From a virus (Duplodnaviria > Heunggongvirae > Uroviricota > Caudoviricetes), in IMG/VR virus record IMGVR_UViG_2585427736_000018, positions 1-6,498 of that record: a stretch of DNA of 6,498 bases, one strand, 5' to 3'. Made by a program: the position numbers and the translations under genes. Position 1 is the first letter of the stretch. Each line of letters opens with the position of its first letter. Positions 1 through 6,135 of this stretch are shown in pieces. The notes beneath the pieces were generated by a model. It made no database searches, was not told the DNA's origin, and worked only from the letters and a program-made list of their open reading frames with translations.

Positions 1-576
1 TTGCATTTGCCAGAGCTTGACGATGTTGCTTGGATGAAGGGTGTATTGATGCTAAATGTAAGGTTTGATTCAGAAAAGGCTTTAGAGGCCATTCTGTACG
101 TCGCCTCTAAAGCACCGATCCCAGATATCTATCATGTCGGAAAAATTCTTTATTATGCTGACAGGTTTCACCTTGAAAGTTTTGGACGCCTCATAACGGG
201 CGATCACTATAACGCTATGAAGGATGGGCCTGTAGCAAGCAACACATACGATATTATAAAAATTGCTCGTGGAGATGGACGTTACATTCCTAATGGTTGT
301 GATGTCGATTCTGTGCGAAAAGCATTTTCTGTATCAGGTATGACGATTGTGCCGAGCCGTGAAGCTGATGAAGACTTTTTTAGTGACTCAGATTTAGAGT
401 GTATTGATAAGTCTATCGCGATGCTTGGAAACATGTCCTTTGAAGCTATCAGAACCATGAGCCATGACGCGGCATGGGAACAGGCAGATCACAATGGTGA
501 GATGTCTTTGGAATCGATAGTTGCACAGCTAAAAAATAGCAAATTAATACTGGATTATCTGAAGAACGGATATTGA
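1..576 (+). CDS. Panacea/DUF4065-domain protein (PanA/SocA/GepA-like putative antitoxin); 5' end may lie upstream of the window
   Basis: Frame 1 is open from base 1 (first codon TTG, first in-window ATG at 34) to stop TGA 574-576. The segment HVGKILYYADRFHLESFGRLITGDHYNAMKDGPVASNTYDII matches the Panacea core pattern as I recall it (K-h-LYYA...G...Y.A...GPV...Y). The C-terminal LECIDKSIAMLGNMSFEAIRTMSHDAAWEQA resembles the family's conserved C-terminal helix. Recognition is from memory, not a search. Confidence 0.6.
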   Translation: MHLPELDDVAWMKGVLMLNVRFDSEKALEAILYVASKAPIPDIYHVGKILYYADRFHLESFGRLITGDHYNAMKDGPVASNTYDIIKIARGDGRYIPNGCDVDSVRKAFSVSGMTIVPSREADEDFFSDSDLECIDKSIAMLGNMSFEAIRTMSHDAAWEQADHNGEMSLESIVAQLKNSKLILDYLKNGY

Positions 577-581
577 TACTT

Positions 582-1043
582 ATGCTGGGTGATTGTTTCC
601 CTCCTGATTTTAAGGCTAATTTTAGTCGTGAAAGAGGTATATCACCCGGTGATGTATTGTATCTTCATTGTGATTTTACGACCCCACCTAAAGTAAAGTA
701 TATGGTGGTTGTTTGCTGTGAACCTCTTTTAGTTCTTCTAATAAATTCAGATATAAATGAATTTATTAAGAGAAACAATGATCTTATGGCTTGTCAGGTC
801 GAAATTAATAGAGAGGACCATGATTTTCTTAAATGGGACTCATTTGTTAATTGCATTGAGGCTCATGCTGCTTTCGATCTTGAAATTATTAAAGAGAAAA
901 TAGCCATCCAATATGGTGACGTGCTAAAAGGTCGCATTACAGATCATTGTATGAGACAAGTTCGATGTGCAGTTGAGATATCTAAAACTATGGTTAAACG
1001 GCATAAAAAACTGATACTCGCTGCTCTTCAACATTATGAATAA
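582..1043 (+). CDS. hypothetical protein, 153 aa; candidate toxin/effector partner of the upstream Panacea-domain gene
   Basis: ATG at 582 lies 5 nt after the upstream stop (in-frame TTG at 573 is the alternative start); stop TAA 1041-1043 sits inside the terminator hairpin. Only a weak GGA Shine-Dalgarno, so translational coupling is likely. Visibly AT-rich. No transmembrane segment or catalytic motif recognised. The toxin role is inferred only from its position beside a Panacea-domain gene. Confidence 0.5.
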   Translation: MLGDCFPPDFKANFSRERGISPGDVLYLHCDFTTPPKVKYMVVVCCEPLLVLLINSDINEFIKRNNDLMACQVEINREDHDFLKWDSFVNCIEAHAAFDLEIIKEKIAIQYGDVLKGRITDHCMRQVRCAVEISKTMVKRHKKLILAALQHYE

Positions 1044-1072
1044 ACCCATCTTTGGATGGGTTTATTCATATT
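1035..1072. terminator. bidirectional intrinsic terminator between convergent transcription units
   Basis: Perfect 16-bp inverted repeat TATGAATAAACCCATC (1035-1050) / GATGGGTTTATTCATA (1055-1070) with 4-nt loop TTTG. GC core CCCATC/GATGGG, with A-rich and T-rich flanks giving a U-rich tail in both orientations. It overlaps the stop of the 582-1043 CDS and lies 7 nt from the stop of the minus-strand 1077-1349 CDS. Confidence 0.7.
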
Positions 1073-1076
1073 CTAT

Positions 1077-1349
1077 TTAAATGAGCCTTTGTTTATGGGT
1101 TCTGACCCTTTCCCACTCAGCACGCCCTTCTTCTCGCCTTTTGTCTATGTATTCCGCAAGATCCTGAATATTGATGCAACGTTTTGCTTTTTGTGATGTG
1201 CCGATGCGATATGTTGGAACGGGCAACTTACAAGCGTTTGCTTTTGCTTCTGCCGTGGCTGGACTCATACCAAAGTACTTTTGGCTAACTGCTGAGAGTT
1301 CAATGTTTGGGGTATTGAATTCAGCCATCAGTAAAAACAAGGTGTTCAT
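1077..1349 (-). CDS. PrtN-family (pyocin-activator-like) small DNA-binding protein; possible excisionase/recombination directionality factor or regulator
   Basis: ATG at 1349-1347 is preceded by GGAG at 6-nt spacing; the ORF track's upstream start at 1376 is a GTG without a better RBS. The N-terminus MNTLFLLMAEF...YIDKRREE resembles PrtN-family proteins found next to integration modules in prophages (recalled similarity). Stop TAA at 1079-1077. Confidence 0.55.
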   Translation of the reverse strand: MNTLFLLMAEFNTPNIELSAVSQKYFGMSPATAEAKANACKLPVPTYRIGTSQKAKRCINIQDLAEYIDKRREEGRAEWERVRTHKQRLI

Positions 1350-1385
1350 AATTTTCTCCATCAAAACCGGCTGCACCCGGGAAAA

Positions 1386-1958
1386 TCATAATTCTGTGCT
1401 GGTGGCAGGAATTAATTTCTGCCAGATAGCGGAAACATATTTTGCCTGATGACGGGCATCAGCCAGGGCGTTGTGCCGTTCGCCATCGAAAGGCATGTCC
1501 ATTTTGGGGTCGAATCCGATGGAACGCCCAAGCGTAACGATCGTGCGTACATCGTGGTCATTCCAGTATGCCCACGGGCAGATTTGTCCTGCTCGCTCAT
1601 AAGCTCCACGTAAAATTACGTTGTCGAAGGTGGCTCCGTTACCCCAGACTTTTAAATATTTCGTATTGTCTGCGTGCCGGTTAATGAAATGATTTAGTTC
1701 TGAGAGAGCATCGCTGATCGACAAAGTATCATCAATACAGATTGCAGCTCGTGCTTCAGGGCTTTGTTTCAACCACCACAGGATGGTATCGCCGTCAGGT
1801 GTAGCTCCTTGCTCCATAGCACTTTCCAGGCTAACAACCGTATAGAATTCTTGTCCGATGTCTCCGGTTTCTGGAGTGAAGAACACCGCGCCAATGGAAA
1901 CGATCGGTGCATCCTTATTTTTCCCCATCGTCTCAAGGTCGATCATTAAGTTGTTCAT
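1386..1958 (-). CDS. phage DEDDh-type 3'-5' exonuclease (DnaQ-like fold)
   Basis: Exo motifs are visible: IDLETMG (D-x-E), WGNGATFDNVIL (Exo II Asp), HNALADARH (H-x4-D). ATG at 1958-1956 is preceded by GGAGGTGA; a GTG at 1961 is the alternative start. The start overlaps the stop of the upstream DUF551 gene. Confidence 0.75.
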   Translation of the reverse strand: MNNLMIDLETMGKNKDAPIVSIGAVFFTPETGDIGQEFYTVVSLESAMEQGATPDGDTILWWLKQSPEARAAICIDDTLSISDALSELNHFINRHADNTKYLKVWGNGATFDNVILRGAYERAGQICPWAYWNDHDVRTIVTLGRSIGFDPKMDMPFDGERHNALADARHQAKYVSAIWQKLIPATSTEL

Positions 1959-2524
1959 CACTTCACCTCCAGCGGCGGTTCCGGTAGCGGCATCCAGTGA
2001 GTTGCTTGCTCAATACCATTACCCGGCTTAATCGTTGCATCTCCGCGCCGAAATGTGCTTCCGGTATAGCGTGCTGAACATATTAGCGGCTCAACCAGAG
2101 AGCTATCGAAATTCACCGAAATAAGCACATTCTGATGCTTCTCAGGCATTCGCTTACTACAGCTTATCCAGCTATCCGGAGTTACCGGATAGTTGCCATT
2201 TACATCGAAGTTTGGCTCTGCGTCCTGAACTAGGAGGATGTAACCATTTTTGGCTGTATCAAGTTCTAACGCCTCGGTGACGGTACCGAAATAGCGATTA
2301 CCTAAATCAGCATCACAAGTGCTTACATCAATGGAAACTTCCATGCCTTCGATTAATTCTGGCAAGTTGTAAGTTTGGCTTACAGGCTCTGCTTCCAGCG
2401 ATACCAGTGCAATTCGTGCCAGTTCTTCCGCTTCTTCTGCTGGCAGTACAACGTTGCTACCCGGTCCGTATGTTTCGCGCCACTGCTGGATTGTCAGCAG
2501 GCGTTCTTTGGTAATAGTGATCAT
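1958..2524 (-). CDS. DUF551-like phage protein
   Basis: ATG at 2524-2522 overlaps the upstream stop in an ATGA arrangement. The C-terminal WMPLPEPP motif is what I recall as the hallmark of DUF551 proteins common in enterobacterial prophage early regions. Acidic protein. Confidence 0.5.
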   Translation of the reverse strand: MITITKERLLTIQQWRETYGPGSNVVLPAEEAEELARIALVSLEAEPVSQTYNLPELIEGMEVSIDVSTCDADLGNRYFGTVTEALELDTAKNGYILLVQDAEPNFDVNGNYPVTPDSWISCSKRMPEKHQNVLISVNFDSSLVEPLICSARYTGSTFRRGDATIKPGNGIEQATHWMPLPEPPLEVK

Positions 2525-3036
2525 GCTGCGTTTCCTTCTTTCTTATTAACAATTACACCGTCATATATTTCATTAAGGTGCCCTCTCAACTCCATGCGCC
2601 TTAATGCAGATAACATGTAATCGCATTCAACCTGCTTATTTCCAGTAAATGGCTTATCGTCAGGATTACCCCAACAGCAATTACCCTTGGGCCACCCATG
2701 TACTTTCCGTACTCTTCCGTTAACAACGTGAAGTAATCCCCAGCCAGCTGGTAAATCCTCAACTGAAATAATTCCCGGCTCACTAATAAAGAATCGCCAG
2801 TCGCCCATTCCAAGAGACGGATTTTTACGGAAACGCTTTTTTCTATCTGCCAACAAGTCAGCACGAGAACACTTCGCCTCTATCAGGCATGATGCTGAAT
2901 TTCTGAATCCCATAGCATCTGGCTGTTCTCCGGTACTGGTTACAGCTATAAAGCGGTCATGAAAACAAACCTTGAACCCGTTGCGCTTAAGGAACTTATA
3001 CGCAATCTGACAGAGTTCGCGGTGTGTTAACGCCAT
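2521..3036 (-). CDS. PD-(D/E)xK nuclease-like phage protein, 171 aa
   Basis: ATG at 3036-3034 is preceded by AAAGGAGAG at 6-nt spacing; the ORF track's longer form starts at a GTG at 3108 and overlaps the upstream small gene, so it is rejected. The motif GEQPDAMGF...(13 aa)...CLIEAKCS fits PD...(D/E)xK spacing. Family assignment is tentative. Confidence 0.5.
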   Translation of the reverse strand: MALTHRELCQIAYKFLKRNGFKVCFHDRFIAVTSTGEQPDAMGFRNSASCLIEAKCSRADLLADRKKRFRKNPSLGMGDWRFFISEPGIISVEDLPAGWGLLHVVNGRVRKVHGWPKGNCCWGNPDDKPFTGNKQVECDYMLSALRRMELRGHLNEIYDGVIVNKKEGNAA

Positions 3037-3037
3037 A

Positions 3038-3226
3038 TCACTCTCCTTTAGTACGCAAGTGGTTTTTCCAGCGGTTTTGCGCCGCGCTGGGCTTTTTGCA
3101 AAAACCACAATCCATCATCCCGTAATGTTTCATTAACCCCACCCGTCGGTTGCTGAGTCTCACCCACTGCCAGACGCCAGGAGCGTTTCTACGAACTAAC
3201 AGAATCTTTGCTTTACGGTTTTTCAT
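3038..3226 (-). CDS. small hypothetical phage protein, 62 aa, basic
   Basis: ATG at 3226-3224 is preceded by AGGAG at about 9-nt spacing. Stop TGA at 3040-3038 is one base upstream of the next gene's ATG (TGAtATG), placing it inside the coupled operon. No recognised domain; contains a single C-x2-C. Confidence 0.45.
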   Translation of the reverse strand: MKNRKAKILLVRRNAPGVWQWVRLSNRRVGLMKHYGMMDCGFCKKPSAAQNRWKNHLRTKGE

Positions 3227-3398
3227 CGTTTTGCTCTCCTGCGTTTCTTTGCTGCTCGTCGTGCCGATGCAATACCGGTATGGCGGCGCTTTGGTGCCGG
3301 GATGATGTTGTCAGCCATCAGGACATGTGGCTTTGCAATTAGCGCAGAAGCCCAAAAACGAGTCGGGTACGGTAACAAGCCGATACATGCCACACGCA

Positions 3399-4046
3399 CT
3401 ACTCACCTCCGTTGATGCGAATGCCAGCGGCACGGGAATCATTCCATCGCTTTACTTCTTCACGAATTACGTCAATGCATTCTTTCGAATCCATTAGGTA
3501 ATCTTCATCAAAAAGCCTTTCCTGTTCGTTTTCTATCGCAACAATGATTGCTTCAACTAACTTTTGTGCCTGAGAACCACTTTCTAACTCTGCAATGCGC
3601 TTCTCTGCGGCTTCCAGCTTCTCGCGCATATCGTCAACGTACTCGACCAGAGATCCGCCAGCAGGAATTTCGCACTCCTCGACCAGTTGGAAGTAGATAT
3701 CAGCTGCGGCCCGTGTGTTGCTATGCCTAGCGTCGCCCATCTCACCTTCACGAAGAGCATCGCGTTCGGCGGTAAGATTGGCTATTTTGCTGTCTTTGCC
3801 TTCCAGCTCAACGCGCAGCTTCCCTACCGTAAGCGCAATATCCTCGTTCTCCTGGTCACGGCGTTTGATGTATTGCTGGTTTCTTTCCCGTTCATCCAAC
3901 AATGCCAGCGCGATATCTGGCGAAAAGTGCTTCATAAAATCGTTAAGCGCATTAATTCGCTGATCGAAAGGCATTACAGGTGCTTCACCAGCAATTTTTG
4001 TTTTTTCAGCGATTTCACGAAGCTTTTGATAATCAATCTTGCTCAC
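3399..4046 (-). CDS. Ead/Ea22-like coiled-coil phage protein
   Basis: GTG start at 4046-4044 is preceded by a strong AAGGAGG at 6-nt spacing and overlaps the upstream stop (GTGA). The N-terminus MSKIDYQKLREIAEK and the Glu/Arg/Leu-rich heptad-like middle resemble lambda Ea22-family early-left proteins (recalled). Confidence 0.5.
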   Translation of the reverse strand: MSKIDYQKLREIAEKTKIAGEAPVMPFDQRINALNDFMKHFSPDIALALLDERERNQQYIKRRDQENEDIALTVGKLRVELEGKDSKIANLTAERDALREGEMGDARHSNTRAAADIYFQLVEECEIPAGGSLVEYVDDMREKLEAAEKRIAELESGSQAQKLVEAIIVAIENEQERLFDEDYLMDSKECIDVIREEVKRWNDSRAAGIRINGGE

Positions 4047-4591
4047 TGGTTGCCTCCTTTGCGAAGCTCTGCAGCGAAATATACAGCTGCGGAAACAATA
4101 GCTGCATGTCGGTATTCACCATCAGAAAATAAAGAATCTCCCTTAAGTGCATTGACGATACTCTGATGATTTTTTGCCAGCATCTCCACGCCCTGCGCCC
4201 GTACTTCAGCCAGAAAAGCATCGGTGGCTGGCATATTTCCTGTTGCCTTCATGGCCTCCAAAATAACCAGAACGCCATCTCGCCCAACCACCTCAGCGAT
4301 AACCTCGGTGTTGTCGCCAACAACATCGCAGAATGCCTGAACTGCCTTACGAGCCAGTTCATTCTCCGCCGCCAGCGCCGAAAACTTCTCGTGTGCCAAC
4401 TTAACAGCCGCATCAGCCTGCTTAATTGACTCAATCGCTCTCTGCTGGTCTTCGGACAGAGCCGAAATCTTGGCCTCCGCTTCAGCAAATTTACGCACCA
4501 GATATTCAGCGTTTGTTTCGTTAACTTTTAAATCTCGTGGTACACATTTCCCGCGAAGAAACCCTTCCATTTCGAAAACATTCATGCGCAT
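4043..4591 (-). CDS. hypothetical phage protein, 182 aa, Ala-rich with predicted coiled-coil N-terminal half; sits where yfdS sits in CPS-53
   Basis: ATG at 4591-4589 is preceded by GGAG at 8-nt spacing; the coding region overlaps the yfdR-like stop by 10 nt (an alternative ATG at 4585 gives an ATGA overlap). No recognised catalytic motif. Confidence 0.5.
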   Translation of the reverse strand: MRMNVFEMEGFLRGKCVPRDLKVNETNAEYLVRKFAEAEAKISALSEDQQRAIESIKQADAAVKLAHEKFSALAAENELARKAVQAFCDVVGDNTEVIAEVVGRDGVLVILEAMKATGNMPATDAFLAEVRAQGVEMLAKNHQSIVNALKGDSLFSDGEYRHAAIVSAAVYFAAELRKGGNQ

Positions 4592-5118
4592 TTGCGTAAC
4601 TCCGATAACTCGTTAAAACGTTCCATAAACATCCCATAGGCATGGCCTGGCGACAGTGGAATCACGTTGAACATCTCTGTTGCCGGGATGCCTTCCAGTA
4701 CAGGCCAGAAAGAGCCATCATCAAGCCCGAGATCGCGGCGTTCGGTTGCCAGCATGATAAGATCGGCATATTTCACGGGCGTGCTCATAACCGGGGGTAA
4801 CCCGTATTTCTCACGGATTACGGCGTCTATTTTTTCTTCCATCCGTTTATAGTCAGGAAGAAGGCGTTTCAGTGGCGCGGGGATGTCCTGACAATACGCT
4901 TCTGTTGCATCATGCATTAACGCTTCGAAAGCAAACTCCTGCGGTACCAGTTGGCTGCAAAGCACCGCATGTTGGGCGACGCTGTAGAAGTGTGAAAGAT
5001 GTCCTGCAAAGCGACAGATATTTGAAAGGGAAACCGCGATATCGTTAATCACGATGTCGTCTTTATCTATCCTGTCATAATAAAAATGCTTCCCGGAAAA
5101 AGTTTTAATAAATGACAT
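4582..5118 (-). CDS. yfdR: HD-domain phosphohydrolase, YfdR-like 5'-deoxynucleotidase
   Basis: ATG at 5118-5116 is preceded by GGAG at 7-nt spacing (the ORF track's longer form starts at a GTG at 5145). The product is 178 aa, the length I recall for E. coli YfdR. HD motifs are visible: AQHAV (His), LMHDATEAY (His-Asp) and a downstream Asp in CQDIP. Confidence 0.7.
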   Translation of the reverse strand: MSFIKTFSGKHFYYDRIDKDDIVINDIAVSLSNICRFAGHLSHFYSVAQHAVLCSQLVPQEFAFEALMHDATEAYCQDIPAPLKRLLPDYKRMEEKIDAVIREKYGLPPVMSTPVKYADLIMLATERRDLGLDDGSFWPVLEGIPATEMFNVIPLSPGHAYGMFMERFNELSELRKCA

Positions 5119-5211
5119 TTTGTTCTCCACGTATATGCGCTGCACCGCGCTGAATTCTGGTAAAAGGAAGCCCTCACCATCCGGTGATTATTGAGTTAAT
5201 TACGTTTCCAT

Positions 5212-5233
5212 AAATGCCCCCGCAGGGGCATTT
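5212..5233 (-). other. intergenic stem-loop between yfdQ-like and yfdR-like genes (possible attenuator or mRNA-stabilising hairpin)
   Basis: Perfect 9-bp inverted repeat AAATGCCCC (5212-5220) / GGGGCATTT (5225-5233) with loop CGCA, 12 nt downstream of the yfdQ-like stop on the minus strand. No clean U-tract follows in either orientation, so it is not called a terminator. Confidence 0.45.
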
Positions 5234-5245
5234 GCAGTAATGAAA

Positions 5246-6070
5246 TCAGGCGGTGAAAGTACCAATAAAGGTTTCGACTTTGCTGTCTTTGAATTTCTCA
5301 ACAAGCAGATCACGAAATTCGTTAGCCATTTCTTCCTGCACCGCTTCCAGCTGAATAATGCGCAGAACCAGTACAGGACGATCGCCAGTGATAATGCTGA
5401 GGCGTAATTTAAATGGACGTTCTTTCAGACCTTCAAACGGAACGCATTTAAATTCAAATGCCACTGGCATAATATCTTTGGTCTTCGCTTCGACAGACTC
5501 CATCAGGGAGCGTTTGCCGCTGAAGTCATTATCTTCAAAATCAGCGGTCTGGTTTGCTTCAATCGTGATTTTACGGACCGCCGCAGCCGCTTTTGTTGCC
5601 TGAATGGTGTCACCATTAGCATCAAAGCCCACAAGGTAGTCGGCCCAGTCTTCAATCCATTCTGCCAGTGATTTCTGGGAGTTACGCTCGCCATTAACAG
5701 ACAACAGAGCAGAGAACGGTGCTGTCTTTTTCAGTTTGAGAGTGGCGGTGTTATCTGCGTGACCTGGTTCATCAATAGTACCCAGGTTAAGCACACTGAC
5801 GGCACGCATATTATCAGCATCGATAAAGCAGCGGGTGCCTTCATCTGCAAGATCTTTAGAATAACGGGTAAAGTCATCGATGCTGGCAGTGGAAAGCGCA
5901 CCACGGAAACGGAAGCGATTTAAATTAAATTTTTCCAGATCATGAATGCGGAAATTCTCAGGCAATGCCACAGCATCGGCACCAATCTTACTGATAATTT
6001 CATTAACACCCTGAGCAGAAATAAGGGCATGGATTTGATTAATTGCGGTTGCGTCTAAGTTCTGAGACAT
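5246..6070 (-). CDS. yfdQ: DUF2303-family phage protein, YfdQ-like
   Basis: ATG at 6070-6068 is preceded by GAGGA at 6-nt spacing. The product is 274 aa, the length I recall for E. coli CPS-53 YfdQ, and it sits immediately upstream of the yfdR-like gene as in CPS-53. Confidence 0.65.
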   Translation of the reverse strand: MSQNLDATAINQIHALISAQGVNEIISKIGADAVALPENFRIHDLEKFNLNRFRFRGALSTASIDDFTRYSKDLADEGTRCFIDADNMRAVSVLNLGTIDEPGHADNTATLKLKKTAPFSALLSVNGERNSQKSLAEWIEDWADYLVGFDANGDTIQATKAAAAVRKITIEANQTADFEDNDFSGKRSLMESVEAKTKDIMPVAFEFKCVPFEGLKERPFKLRLSIITGDRPVLVLRIIQLEAVQEEMANEFRDLLVEKFKDSKVETFIGTFTA

Positions 6071-6135
6071 AATAAGTCCTCACTATATAAAGATATTCAG
6101 TGATGAGATAAATAATCAGTTAATTAAAAACGATA

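Noticed and set aside
1350-1376. Longer 99-aa form of the PrtN-like gene starting at GTG 1376 or ATG 1361
   Set aside because: The ATG at 1349 has the best SD spacing and gives an N-terminus (MNTLFLLMAEF) that fits my recollection of PrtN-family proteins; the longer forms remain possible.
1171-1449. Plus-strand 92-aa ORF antisense to the PrtN-like gene and the exonuclease 3' end
   Set aside because: Lies wholly within or opposite better-supported minus-strand genes, with no RBS and low-complexity hydrophobic content; typical shadow ORF.
1412-1609. Minus-strand 65-aa ORF in an alternative frame inside the exonuclease gene
   Set aside because: Fully nested in the exonuclease coding region in another frame; no independent support.
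1764-1949. Plus-strand 61-aa ORF antisense to the exonuclease gene
   Set aside because: Shadow ORF opposite a gene with clear catalytic motifs.
2375-2864. Plus-strand 81-aa (2375..2620) and minus-strand 87-aa (2601..2864) ORFs overlapping the DUF551 and PD-(D/E)xK genes
   Set aside because: Alternative-frame or antisense overlaps of better-supported genes; no SD-supported starts.
3037-3108. Longer 195-aa form of the PD-(D/E)xK gene starting at GTG 3108
   Set aside because: It would overlap the SD-supported 62-aa gene by about 70 nt, whereas the ATG at 3036 has a strong AAAGGAGAG RBS at ideal spacing.
3548-4166. Plus-strand ORFs (60, 159 and 82 aa) antisense to the Ea22-like gene
   Set aside because: Antisense to a gene with a strong RBS and coiled-coil periodicity; their Ser/Arg/Leu-rich composition is typical of antisense reading of GC-balanced coding DNA.
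4033-4488. Minus-strand 62-aa and 79-aa ORFs and plus-strand 87-aa ORF overlapping the 4043..4591 gene
   Set aside because: Alternative-frame or antisense shadow ORFs; the Arg/Trp-rich composition suggests non-coding frames.
5119-5145. Longer 187-aa form of the yfdR-like gene starting at GTG 5145
   Set aside because: The ATG at 5118 has a GGAG RBS and gives the expected 178-aa product.
4667-5694. Plus-strand 61-aa and 81-aa ORFs and minus-strand 63-aa ORF overlapping the yfdR-like and yfdQ-like genes
   Set aside because: Nested within or antisense to genes whose length and motifs match known families.
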